From a virus, in IMG/VR virus record IMGVR_UViG_3300032245_001170, positions 37,588 to 101,587 of that record: a stretch of DNA of 64,000 nucleotides; one strand, 5' to 3'. Each line of letters begins with the position of its first letter. Within the stretch, counting starts at the first letter, position 1. Shown one piece after another: positions 30,198 through 39,529 of this stretch. A program made the position numbers and the translations under genes. The notes beneath the pieces were generated by a model. That model was not told the origin of the DNA. It was given only the letters and a program-made list of their open reading frames with translations, and searched no databases.

Positions 30198-30452
30198 ATG
30201 GCTGACGACAAGTGGGGCAAAGTAAAAGACAACGTAAGAAAGATTTCTGACGCTGTCGGTTTGACCGACCCTAATTCTCATTGGGTACCCATTCCAGGTA
30301 AGGCATATGATGAACTACATCCAGCTGTGCGTGCACAGCGTAGCGGAGATCGTGCCGAACACTTAAAGCAGTTTGATTTAAGCGGTCCTTCTAATGTGGT
30401 ATCTATTAATGTTGCTAGAGAAAATAGAAAGTTAAAGAATAGTGGCACGTAG
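30198..30452 (+). CDS. Hypothetical protein
   Basis: RBS AAGGAG. Confidence 0.6.
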   Translation: MADDKWGKVKDNVRKISDAVGLTDPNSHWVPIPGKAYDELHPAVRAQRSGDRAEHLKQFDLSGPSNVVSINVARENRKLKNSGT

Positions 30453-31521
30453 ACGTCCTAACTCTGGACCTAAATTAGACTCTGCTGATTTTGAGGCACT
30501 GAGCTCTACCGATGTAGCGACCCCTAATAAAGTTATACCAAAAAAGATTACAGAAGCAGGCGCTGATAGTTATTTAAGGAACCCAAAGCTTAAAAAAACA
30601 AGCAAACTTTACTGCGAAGCAGATATGAGTGGACATGAAGCCACCCATCTTTTTACGCCACAAGGTGGAGATGAAGTATCTCTTTGCAAAACACATTTAG
30701 ATACTGCAGTAACTCACGCAATTATTAATAATAAGACTATTAAACAACGTCCTATAACAGTAGACGATGTAGAACCCCACGCTTTAAAGCGCCGCCTACA
30801 AATGTTTAATCAACGTAAGGTAGTAGAAGATGCTTTTCGGGCATCTGGTTTAACGGGAGCTGATGCTCTTTCTGGAAGAGAAAAAGAAGAAGTAGGGGGT
30901 GGTCGTAGACGCCACAGAGACCCTAACATTCCAGTAACTCCAGGAAAAGAGTTAGCTAAAGCCGCAAGATCTAAACCTCACCCAGCTGAAGAGGTATTAG
31001 CCGCTGTTGAAGAAACAGGCGGTCACAATGTACTTAGAGACTTAAACATTCTCAATGCTAAAAAGAACAAGATAGAACAGCCTCAAATGTATGATGGTGC
31101 CGGTAACAGAATATATGAGCTTGATAGAACTGGTAAAACTAAGGCTCTTCCTACACCAAGTGATAAGACTCTTGAAGAGATTCGTGCAGAGAATCACGCA
31201 AAAAGAAGTGAAGCGGCAAAAAACGCTAAGAATACAGGTAGATTTTCTAAGGGAAGCAATAAGAACCCTGGTCGTGGAAAAGTACCTGTACTTCCTGGCA
31301 CAGGACCTGTAGTATCTGACGATACTCCTTTAGGTAAGGCTTTTGAAATTAAGGCCAACCTAGAAGATAAGAGACAGCTGTCTGGAATTAGCTCGGCTAC
31401 TGATGCAGAAAGACTACGACATATTGAGCGTTTGAAGACTGACCCTGCTTACCGTAAGGCTCAGGAAGCAAAGGCTCGTAAAAACGCACAAAACAAGTCG
31501 GCACCACCCTTTACTACATAG
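30442..31521 (+). CDS. Basic, probably disordered protein
   Basis: 359 aa, K/R/A/P-rich. Confidence 0.6.
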   Translation: MARRRPNSGPKLDSADFEALSSTDVATPNKVIPKKITEAGADSYLRNPKLKKTSKLYCEADMSGHEATHLFTPQGGDEVSLCKTHLDTAVTHAIINNKTIKQRPITVDDVEPHALKRRLQMFNQRKVVEDAFRASGLTGADALSGREKEEVGGGRRRHRDPNIPVTPGKELAKAARSKPHPAEEVLAAVEETGGHNVLRDLNILNAKKNKIEQPQMYDGAGNRIYELDRTGKTKALPTPSDKTLEEIRAENHAKRSEAAKNAKNTGRFSKGSNKNPGRGKVPVLPGTGPVVSDDTPLGKAFEIKANLEDKRQLSGISSATDAERLRHIERLKTDPAYRKAQEAKARKNAQNKSAPPFTT

Positions 31522-31551
31522 TAGGATACGACTACTAACTCGGAGGAAAAT

Positions 31552-32133
31552 ATGACAATCCCTATTTTGGGTCAAAATGGACAACCAGCAGATCAAGGTA
31601 AGTACACAGAGATTAAGGACGATGGTCCTAAGATTCGTTTGTTGTACTGCTACAACTGTAAGACCATTGAAGAGTTACCAGACTTTGAAGGCAATCCAGA
31701 AGACGATGTAACTCTTGAAATTCTTGTAGAGCAACATCAATCTGCGGGTATACCCCACACCGGTTTTCTATCTAAGATCGGAGTAAAGCTTTACTCCCGC
31801 CCAGAAGTTCGTAAACAGGTTATTGAAAACTTACGTAACCGAGTTGGTGGCGGACTTGCAGATATCGATCCAGACTATTACACTACTAAAGCAACGTTTT
31901 ATGATGATGCAATGAAGTGCTATAGTAAGCACCTCAGACCAAAAGAGGGATGCCCTGATTGGAGAGCAAAAGACAAGCGTCTTGTTCCCAAGAATACCGC
32001 TGAACTCCGTAAGGAAGCAGGTTTGATGTCTGCTGCTAAATCAGCAGGCACCAATGTGTTTCTTTGTGATTTTTGTCCAGTTAAGTCCCACGTAGTAACC
32101 CAGCAGCGCAAGGCCGCTGGAATGTATGAATAA
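31552..32133 (+). CDS. Cys-motif hypothetical protein
   Basis: CYNC, C..H..C, CDFC; RBS GGAGG. Confidence 0.7.
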   Translation: MTIPILGQNGQPADQGKYTEIKDDGPKIRLLYCYNCKTIEELPDFEGNPEDDVTLEILVEQHQSAGIPHTGFLSKIGVKLYSRPEVRKQVIENLRNRVGGGLADIDPDYYTTKATFYDDAMKCYSKHLRPKEGCPDWRAKDKRLVPKNTAELRKEAGLMSAAKSAGTNVFLCDFCPVKSHVVTQQRKAAGMYE

Positions 32134-32461
32134 GGAGAATCCAGTGTCAGAAGACCGTCCAGTAAACGCAACGATTGAGGAATCAGCAGAACTTCTTGAA
32201 ACCCTTAATCCAGAACCAGAACTTAAAGAATCAGGCGCACCTAAGATTGCAACTGGCTTTGCAGTATTGATCGATGTAGATGGGCACGTATTTGTTGAAC
32301 GTGACCGAACTCTATTCTCTATGCCGGTTGAGCGAGAGATTACCTTGCTTGAGGTTCGTCGATATGCTTCAGAGATCATTGCAGATCTACAGGCACAGGC
32401 AGCTGCAGAATATACAGTAGCTCGCTTGGAAGCCCTAGAAATGCAGAAGAAAAAGAAGTAA
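32126..32461 (+). CDS. Hypothetical protein
   Basis: Operon-terminal ORF. Confidence 0.6.
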   Translation: MNKENPVSEDRPVNATIEESAELLETLNPEPELKESGAPKIATGFAVLIDVDGHVFVERDRTLFSMPVEREITLLEVRRYASEIIADLQAQAAAEYTVARLEALEMQKKKK

Positions 32462-32477
32462 ATAAACTTTATTTACT

Positions 32478-32512
32478 AATAGGCAGGCCTTTAGGGGTCT
32501 GCCTATTGTTTT
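32478..32512 (+). terminator. Intrinsic terminator
   Basis: AATAGGCAGGCC..GGTCTGCCTATT followed by GTTTTG. Confidence 0.8.
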
Positions 32513-32531
32513 GTTATGAAAGAATAGGTCT

Positions 32532-33407
32532 ATGACCTTTGCGACTTCCTACTTCAGTAGGCCTTCAGAACAGCTTGATCCAAAGCTGTTTGACTCTGAA
32601 GGTTTAAAGCCTTGGGTTCGCACAGGTGTACTTTCTATGCTCTTTGATTATTTAGCAAAGAACTACACCTCACCCCATACCTGGACAAAAGCTTGGCTTG
32701 CCGGATCTGGAGTCTCTTACCAGTGGGAAGCTGCACGGGAACCTGGTGACTTAGATTGTTTAGTTGGAATTAACTATGTTCTTTTTAGACAAACTAATCC
32801 AGATTACGTTAGCTTATCGAATCAAGAAATAGCTTCGTTAATCAATGAGGGTTTTAATGCAGACCTTATGCCAAAGACTCGTAACTGGGAAGGCTATGAG
32901 CTTACATACTATGTCAACGAGCAATCAGATATTAGGGACATCAACCCATACGCAGCTTATGACTTAATTGGCGATATTTGGGAAGTAATGCCAGAAAAAA
33001 ATATTCAAGCACCGTACAGTCGTGCTTGGGAACAAAAAGCACAGAGAGACCAAGAAATGGCTAAAGAAATGTTAGCTCGCCATTCTTCAGCTCTTGAAGA
33101 AGTTCGCGGTGCAACTAACCCTGCTCATAGATTGAACGCTGAACGTAGACTAAAGATGGCTACAGACCAGGCGTCTACATTTTTTGATGATATCCATGCC
33201 GGAAGAAAAATTGCATTTAGCAAGATTGGCGCAGGATACTCAGACTTTAATAATTATAGATGGCAAGCAGGCAAGCGTTCTGGAATTATTCAAGCTCTAA
33301 GAACAATAAAAGATTCTAAGACTGAGGCTGAGAAACAACAACAGCTTCAGACCTATGGAGTTGAACTACCAGATACAGATACTTTACTAAGGAGAATACA
33401 TGGCTAA
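32532..33407 (+). CDS. Pol-beta-superfamily nucleotidyltransferase
   Basis: hhAGS-x(13)-DLDChh motif (LAGSGVS...GDLDCLVG). Confidence 0.7.
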   Translation: MTFATSYFSRPSEQLDPKLFDSEGLKPWVRTGVLSMLFDYLAKNYTSPHTWTKAWLAGSGVSYQWEAAREPGDLDCLVGINYVLFRQTNPDYVSLSNQEIASLINEGFNADLMPKTRNWEGYELTYYVNEQSDIRDINPYAAYDLIGDIWEVMPEKNIQAPYSRAWEQKAQRDQEMAKEMLARHSSALEEVRGATNPAHRLNAERRLKMATDQASTFFDDIHAGRKIAFSKIGAGYSDFNNYRWQAGKRSGIIQALRTIKDSKTEAEKQQQLQTYGVELPDTDTLLRRIHG

Positions 33408-33660
33408 GTCACCAGCATGGCAACGCAAAGAGGGTAAGAACCCTGAAGGCGGTCTCAATGCTAAGGGCAGAGCATCTGCCAAAGCACAGGGTCACAACCT
33501 AAAGCCACCAGTGTCTGCTAAGGAAGCGAAGAGCTCACCTAAGTCTGCAGCACGTCGTAAGTCTTTCTGTGCACGTATGGGCGGTATGCCCGGCCCTATG
33601 AAAGATAAGAATGGTAAACCAACTCGTAAGGCACTAGCACTTAGAAAGTGGGATTGTTAG
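33400..33660 (+). CDS. Basic phage protein (DUF6321-like)
   Basis: AWQRKEGKNP.GGLN.KGR...RRKSFCARM...LRKWDC. Confidence 0.7.
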   Translation: MAKSPAWQRKEGKNPEGGLNAKGRASAKAQGHNLKPPVSAKEAKSSPKSAARRKSFCARMGGMPGPMKDKNGKPTRKALALRKWDC

Positions 33661-33668
33661 GACACTAA

Positions 33669-34133
33669 ATGGCCACAGCATTCGTAGCATTAGACGGAGT
33701 ACTAAGAACAGAAGTAGGCGATCCAATAGCAGAGGGCGTTAAACTCTTTCGTATTCTTGCACAACATTACCGGGTCATTATTGCCTCGGATCATAGCCCT
33801 GAGCAAACAGAACACTGGCTTCGTACTAACCTGATAGTTGGGTATGGAGATATCTATGATAGTAGATACTTCTTTGAAGGCCAAGACTTACGCTCCAGGC
33901 AGCTAGCTATAGCTCAAGCTCAAGGTCGAGTTGACCTTTTTGTAGATCCGGATGCGGATCGCTGTGCTTACGCTCTGTCTAAAGGCGTACCAACTATGCT
34001 CTTTGCTTCTCCTAAGTTTGTACGTAGAAGCCGTCAAGTGCGGCAATGGCAGGATCTGGCTGATGAGGTAGAGAATCAACGAGCTGCTCTTATGGCGGCT
34101 GAGCTTGGAAGCAATGTTAAGAGATTTGAATGA
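33669..34133 (+). CDS. HAD-fold-like protein (degenerate motif I)
   Basis: FVALDGVL..PI.EG...TE.WL...LFVDPD. Confidence 0.5.
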   Translation: MATAFVALDGVLRTEVGDPIAEGVKLFRILAQHYRVIIASDHSPEQTEHWLRTNLIVGYGDIYDSRYFFEGQDLRSRQLAIAQAQGRVDLFVDPDADRCAYALSKGVPTMLFASPKFVRRSRQVRQWQDLADEVENQRAALMAAELGSNVKRFE

Positions 34134-35644
34134 ATATAGTTTTCATGGGCGGAGAAGTACCGTCCCACCGATTATTGTTAATTGACTCTGGTGTACAGCA
34201 TATATCTCTGAGCTACTGGGCCCTAGCTAAGCGAGGTTTGCCCAAGACTAAGAACTATCTATTATCAGAGAAGTATCCTAGTGATGTAAAGGTTTACCTG
34301 GATGGCGGCGGCCGGCACGCAGATGCAGCTGGGCTGAGTACCCGTGAGCTGCAGGATTATGCGGCAGCCTTTGAGGACTTCATTGCCAATAACTATGATC
34401 ATATTGCCGGGGTAATTGAGTTTGATTCTCAGGTTCTAGGATCTGATTGGATCGCCGGTCAAAGGAAAACCTTGGGGTTCGAGCTGCAAGAAAAATACTG
34501 GCCAGTATGGAAACCTGAAATGGGGCATGCTGCCCTCTACGGACTCTCTGAACAATGGGAGAACGTGGCTTTACTAGGAAACACCATAGATAGCGATACG
34601 ACCCTCTCAGGGCGTACCAGAGCTCTTCAGACACAGTTTGGTACCAAGTTCCATGGGTTGGGTTGTGCTAAACCCGATAACCTACGCCAGGTTCCATTAG
34701 AAACAGCAAGCACCTTATCGTGGCTATCACCCATGATGCGTGGTGAGACAATAGTTTGGGATACCACTAGACTAGTTCGATATCAGAAGAAACAGAAGGA
34801 CCAAGCACGTCCCCGTTATAAAAACGTTATAACTCGGGCAGGTCTTGACTTCGATAAGATTCTTAATGATGATAGTAATGAGGTAACTCGCCTCGCAATT
34901 TGGTCCTACCTGGAGTTGGAGAAATCGTTGGATAAAAAGAAACCGCCACACCTAACGGTGGTCAGTGACGAGAAGTTATCTGATAACAGTGTGCACATAG
35001 ATGACCCAGGTTCTGCGGAAACACTAGGGGTAGAACCTGATAACAGTGGTCTTGAGGTGCGGAAAGATTCTGGCCTTGAACCATCTAAAGTTATAGTTAG
35101 AGATGCATCAGAAACGCGTACTTTGCCAGTTTTTTCAGTAAATACTAAGACTGTTATTGATAAAGATGGCGACGGAAGAGACCTGATAAGAGACGTTCCT
35201 ATCCTTGAAACTACCTCTGTATCTTTACGTCAATGCGATACGTGTTTTGTTGCTGCTAACTGCCCTGCTTTCAAGCCACAGAACACTTGTGCATTTAATT
35301 TACCAGTAGAAGTAAAGACTAAAGACCAACTTAAGGGTTTGTTAAATGCCATCATTGAGATGCAGGGAGCAAGAGTCGCTTTTGCCAGATTTGCTGAAGA
35401 ATTAAATGGCGGCTATCCAGATCCTAACACGGGACAAGAGATTGACCGTTTATTTAAGATTGTTAAGAGTTTGAAGGAATTGGAAGAAAATAAAGAATTC
35501 GTTAGAATGACCGTAGAACGTCAAACTTCAGGCGGTGTACTGTCAGCACTCTTTGGTGATAAAGCTAACACCTTGAGAGAGATACCGAACGGTGGGATTT
35601 CTGAGGAAGAAACCACTAGAATAATCTCCGATCACATTGATTAA
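34130..35644 (+). CDS. TGT/DpdA-like TIM-barrel protein with a C-terminal Cys cluster
   Basis: YLDGGG (cf. LDSGG), IEFD, PVW, FHGLG, TASTLSW; CDTC-x5-C-x8-C. Confidence 0.55.
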   Translation: MNIVFMGGEVPSHRLLLIDSGVQHISLSYWALAKRGLPKTKNYLLSEKYPSDVKVYLDGGGRHADAAGLSTRELQDYAAAFEDFIANNYDHIAGVIEFDSQVLGSDWIAGQRKTLGFELQEKYWPVWKPEMGHAALYGLSEQWENVALLGNTIDSDTTLSGRTRALQTQFGTKFHGLGCAKPDNLRQVPLETASTLSWLSPMMRGETIVWDTTRLVRYQKKQKDQARPRYKNVITRAGLDFDKILNDDSNEVTRLAIWSYLELEKSLDKKKPPHLTVVSDEKLSDNSVHIDDPGSAETLGVEPDNSGLEVRKDSGLEPSKVIVRDASETRTLPVFSVNTKTVIDKDGDGRDLIRDVPILETTSVSLRQCDTCFVAANCPAFKPQNTCAFNLPVEVKTKDQLKGLLNAIIEMQGARVAFARFAEELNGGYPDPNTGQEIDRLFKIVKSLKELEENKEFVRMTVERQTSGGVLSALFGDKANTLREIPNGGISEEETTRIISDHID

Positions 35645-35683
35645 TATAATGTAACTACACACATAAACGAGAAGGGCACGACT

Positions 35684-37714
35684 TTGTTTTCTTTTAAATT
35701 AGCCGAAGACTTTGTAAACTCATATAAGACCAAGACAGTTCCTTGGGGATATGCAGACGCTGCCGGAAATAGCGTAGGTGAAATTACTTTCTTAAGAACA
35801 TACTCTCGTCTTAAAGAAGATGGAACCAAGGAGACTTGGGTTGAAGTATGCGAACGTGTAATCAATGGGATGTACTCTCTACAGAAAGACCACGCTAAAT
35901 CTCAAAGACTTCCTTGGTCTGATTCCAAGGCCGCGGCTTCTGCTAAGGAAGCTTATGATCGTTTGTTTAATTTGAAGTGGACTCCACCAGGACGTGGTCT
36001 ATGGGTAATGGGAACTTCAATTGTCAATGAGCAGAGGAACTCTGCTGCGCTACAGAATTGTGCTTTCGTTTCAACTATGGAAATGACAAAGCTCAACCCA
36101 GCAAAACCATTTGCTTTCTTAATGGAAGCATCCATGTTAGGTGTCGGAGTAGGGTTCGATGATAAGGGGGCTGACAAGGAATTCACAATCTATGAACCTA
36201 CCGAAGGAGATATATATGTCGTTCCAGACACCAGAGAAGGATGGGTCGAGTCAGTTACGGCCGTCATCAATGCCTACCTCAAGCCAGATAGCAAAACTCC
36301 AATATTTGATTACAAAGAGATCCGCCCATCAGGCACTCCGATCAAAACGTTTGGCGGAACAGCCGCGGGACACGAACCACTAGAGCGTCTACATAACTAT
36401 ATTCATAAATTGTTCGTAGGTCGTGGTGGAGAGAAGCTAACTCGTAAGGATATTGCCGATATAGGCAACCTCATCGGGGTTTGTGTTGTAAGCGGTAACG
36501 TACGTCGTTCTGCAGAACTACTTATTGGCCGTATTGATGATGAGGACTTTCTCAATTTAAAGAATGCTGATATTTACCCAGAACGCAACTCCTATGATCC
36601 AAAGAACCCGGGATGGGCTTGGATGTCTAACAACTCTGTTGAGGCAAAGGTAGGCTCTGATTTCTCTAAGATTATTGATGGCATTGTCCGCAATGGTGAG
36701 CCGGGAGTAGTCTGGATGGATGTATCCCGCAAGTACGGTCGTTTAATTGATCCACCTAACAATAAGGATTGGCGTGTTGCCGGATATAACCCATGTGCTG
36801 AACAAAGCCTTGAATCTTTTGAAATGTGTACCCTTGTAGAGACTTACTTGAACAGGCACGACTCCTTGGACGATTTTAAGCGCACCCTAAAGTTTGCCTA
36901 TCTATATGCCAAGACTGTGACCCTTCTCCCTACTCACTGGGAAGAGACCAACGCCATCATGCAGCGCAATCGCCGTATTGGTACCTCAATCTCAGGCATT
37001 GCCAACTTTGCAGACAACAACGGTTGGACTGTATTAAGGGACTGGTTGAATGAGGGATATGGTGTCGTAAAGGGTTACGACGATTCATACTCAGAGTGGT
37101 TGGGTGTTCGACCATCTATTAAAATGACAACTGTAAAGCCTTCCGGAACCGTATCTATCTTGGCAGGAGAATCACCTGGAGTTCATTGGGCTTCCGGAGG
37201 TAAGTTCTTTAATAGAGCAATTAGGTTTGCTAACTCTGATCCAATGCTGCCGCTATTCAAGATGGCAAACTACCGGGTAGAGCCAGCATCCGAATCACCG
37301 GATACAACCTCTGTTGTCTTCTTCCCTATCAAAACTGATGCTAAGCGAGCAGAGAAAGAAGTATCTGTACACGAAAAGGTAGCGCTTGCGGTTGTAACGC
37401 AACGCTATTGGTCAGATAACTCTGTATCTGTAACTGTAACCTTCGACCCTGAGAAGGAAGCGGACTCAATCGCTTCAATCCTTCACATGCACGACGGTCA
37501 GCTGAAGACTGTTTCGTTCTTGCCTATGGGCAACACTGTATACCCACAGATGCCTTACACTCAGATTACTGAGAGTGAGTATGAAGATGCCCGCATGAAG
37601 CTGTTCCCAATCGACTTTGCCGGAGTGTACGCAGGTATGGCGGCGGATGCAGTTGGCGAGGCGTATTGCACTACAGACGCTTGTGAAGTTAAGCTGATTA
37701 AAGATAATAAATAA
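35684..37714 (+). CDS. nrdJ: Class II (B12-dependent) ribonucleotide reductase, monomeric RTPR-type
   Basis: RTYSR, PPGRGLW, NCAF, GNVRRSA, NPCAEQ, VKPSGT, C-terminal CxxxxC. Confidence 0.93.
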   Translation: MFSFKLAEDFVNSYKTKTVPWGYADAAGNSVGEITFLRTYSRLKEDGTKETWVEVCERVINGMYSLQKDHAKSQRLPWSDSKAAASAKEAYDRLFNLKWTPPGRGLWVMGTSIVNEQRNSAALQNCAFVSTMEMTKLNPAKPFAFLMEASMLGVGVGFDDKGADKEFTIYEPTEGDIYVVPDTREGWVESVTAVINAYLKPDSKTPIFDYKEIRPSGTPIKTFGGTAAGHEPLERLHNYIHKLFVGRGGEKLTRKDIADIGNLIGVCVVSGNVRRSAELLIGRIDDEDFLNLKNADIYPERNSYDPKNPGWAWMSNNSVEAKVGSDFSKIIDGIVRNGEPGVVWMDVSRKYGRLIDPPNNKDWRVAGYNPCAEQSLESFEMCTLVETYLNRHDSLDDFKRTLKFAYLYAKTVTLLPTHWEETNAIMQRNRRIGTSISGIANFADNNGWTVLRDWLNEGYGVVKGYDDSYSEWLGVRPSIKMTTVKPSGTVSILAGESPGVHWASGGKFFNRAIRFANSDPMLPLFKMANYRVEPASESPDTTSVVFFPIKTDAKRAEKEVSVHEKVALAVVTQRYWSDNSVSVTVTFDPEKEADSIASILHMHDGQLKTVSFLPMGNTVYPQMPYTQITESEYEDARMKLFPIDFAGVYAGMAADAVGEAYCTTDACEVKLIKDNK

Positions 37715-37753
37715 TGGTGTACGATTTTCTTACCTACTAGTACGGGAGCTGTT

Positions 37754-37891
37754 ATGGAAGACCTAGATCCAGATCTGTTTGATGAAGACTTTGAAGAGGA
37801 CTTCGAAGATATTATCGATGAACTCGACATTGAAGAGGATGATTTAGACGATCTAGAAGACTTGTTTCTAGACGACGAAATCGACTCCTAA
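37754..37891 (+). CDS. Hyper-acidic 45-aa peptide (absent from the ORF track)
   Basis: MEDLDPDLFDEDFEEDFEDIIDELDIEEDDLDDLEDLFLDDEIDS; RBS GGGAG. Confidence 0.7.
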   Translation: MEDLDPDLFDEDFEEDFEDIIDELDIEEDDLDDLEDLFLDDEIDS

Positions 37892-37908
37892 AAAACCCAA
37901 CACAAACA

Positions 37909-37942
37909 TTTGGCCCCCCGTCGTGAGACGAGGGGCCATTTG
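37909..37942. terminator. Hairpin between the convergent arms
   Basis: TGGCCCC-CCGTCGTGAGACG-AGGGGCCA followed by TTT. Confidence 0.7.
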
Positions 37943-37951
37943 CTTTGTGTC

Positions 37952-38104
37952 TTATTTACAGTCGCAGTTACCGCAGTCGCATTGCTTTTCTTCAGCAGCG
38001 CCAAACGTTGCGGATGTGAACTCATAAAGAGATTCTTCACCCTCTTTAAGTTCTTTGACTATATCGTTAACAGTTTTAAAGGGAAGTACTTTTTCGTAAT
38101 CCAT
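37952..38104 (-). CDS. 50-aa protein with C-terminal CDCGNCDC
   Basis: TAATG overlap with the upstream gene. Confidence 0.55.
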   Translation of the reverse strand: MDYEKVLPFKTVNDIVKELKEGEESLYEFTSATFGAAEEKQCDCGNCDCK

Positions 38105-38397
38105 TATGCATCCACCTTGTAACTTAGTTCCCCGTCAATTTTGAGAGGCTTATCAGTTGTTACATCTTTGACAGTTACAGCCATCTTGACTGACTTACGA
38201 GGTGTGTTAGCCAGAACTACTTCCTTCAGATACCGCTTTGCAGCTGATGGATTAGACCATGCCGAACAATGATCAAGGATGTAATCCTCAGCACCATCAG
38301 TCTTTATGGTTATAGTTAGCAACCAAGCTCCACCTTTTTCTACAAGGGTGTTCTTAGCTAGGTTTGCTTTTAGTGTTTGATTTACTTTTTTAGCCAT
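38104..38397 (-). CDS. Hypothetical protein
   Basis: RBS AGGA. Confidence 0.6.
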   Translation of the reverse strand: MAKKVNQTLKANLAKNTLVEKGGAWLLTITIKTDGAEDYILDHCSAWSNPSAAKRYLKEVVLANTPRKSVKMAVTVKDVTTDKPLKIDGELSYKVDA

Positions 38398-38406
38398 GTA
38401 TTGGTC

Positions 38407-38655
38407 CTAACCTAGTTTGATGTCTTTATCGAAACCTACTTGTTTTAGGTCTCTCAGTATATTTTTTGCGGCTCGCCAGTCCCCAAGTGAATTCCCACCA
38501 AAGAATACTACCTTATGTGTTTGGGGGTTTTCTACACGGATGTGTTGCTTACCTTTTGTAACGGTTACCTGTAGCCCTGCTGTTTCCAAAGCAGATACCA
38601 ATTTGCGGATGTGTTTATCCTTTATGGTTCCGCTAGCAAACTCCATAGCCAACAT
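38407..38655 (-). CDS. HicA-like (dsRBD-fold) protein
   Basis: L..ALE.AG..V....KG.H..V.NP...V......D.R..KNI.RDL...G. Confidence 0.6.
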   Translation of the reverse strand: MLAMEFASGTIKDKHIRKLVSALETAGLQVTVTKGKQHIRVENPQTHKVVFFGGNSLGDWRAAKNILRDLKQVGFDKDIKLG

Positions 38656-38721
38656 GTATTTCTCCCTTCTTTTATGCTATAGACTATACACGTAAACTCT
38701 TAAAGCTCAGAGTTCACGCCT

Positions 38722-38952
38722 TCAGTTGGAGACCTCCGGAGTGCTACCGGAGGCTTCATCATCAATGACTTGAATCTTGACGATTTTGTGAGACTCCCCT
38801 GGACGAGTACACTCGCTCAATGGAATCCACTCACCTTGGTTTCTATCAAATACCCATAGAGACCAGTCGTGGTTGTCTTTTACGTTTGGGTCATCAATAC
38901 GCCAAGGCGCAATCTTAACGTCAAACGTTATTCGTAAGTGATACGGTTTCAT
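38722..38952 (-). CDS. Hypothetical protein
   Basis: RBS GAAGGGG. Confidence 0.55.
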   Translation of the reverse strand: MKPYHLRITFDVKIAPWRIDDPNVKDNHDWSLWVFDRNQGEWIPLSECTRPGESHKIVKIQVIDDEASGSTPEVSN

Positions 38953-39529
38953 TTACGTCCCCTTCTCTAGTTGGGAAATAATCAAAGATATCTTCATCAG
39001 GTTCTAAGTACATTCGTACGTTAGTCCATGATTCCCAGTCTTTGAACTCTACACATTCACCTCCAATATACATTCTGTAACCTGAAAAGTCACTTCCTGA
39101 CTCATCGTAGGCGTGGTGGATTTTTACTTTGGGGAATTGTTTTGCTAGCATGTCAATTGCATACATAGGCGGGGACCATGCACTATCAAACTCCATTTGA
39201 ACATATCGTTCATCGGGAGCAGTGAATGATTGGTATCCCACTGAGGCTGCATTACTATCGTGAATAATGCGGGCATCAACATCCCATTTTGTACCCCAGT
39301 TGTTTACCTGGAACTCATACCAATCTTTTGCCCCATACATACGAGTTAGGCGTTCCGCTTCATCCCCATCTCTGTTTGGCGCAGTTAATTGTTTTAGTTC
39401 TTCGGGAACAGCTATGATCTTTGCTAAAGACAATGAGGTTTTATCCTCACCTTGTACTGTTTCAAGGAGTCTAGATACTTCATCTGTAGGTCCTTTAAGC
39501 AACAATACATTTTGACACCAGTTAGGCAT
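38921..39529 (-). CDS. DUF1281/YubB ferredoxin-like domain protein
   Basis: MPNWC.N, WY....NWGTKWD, FDSAWSPP. Confidence 0.8.
   Translation of the reverse strand: MPNWCQNVLLLKGPTDEVSRLLETVQGEDKTSLSLAKIIAVPEELKQLTAPNRDGDEAERLTRMYGAKDWYEFQVNNWGTKWDVDARIIHDSNAASVGYQSFTAPDERYVQMEFDSAWSPPMYAIDMLAKQFPKVKIHHAYDESGSDFSGYRMYIGGECVEFKDWESWTNVRMYLEPDEDIFDYFPTREGDVNETVSLTNNV

Noticed and set aside
34130-35644. Canonical 7-deazaguanine (dpd) DNA modification pathway
   Set aside because: No folE/queC/queD/queE in the window and the putative nucleophile Asp appears substituted
14419-37714. Inteins or introns in polA, recA or nrdJ; alternative genetic code
   Set aside because: ORFs are continuous with normal lengths, and all three stop codons terminate genes normally
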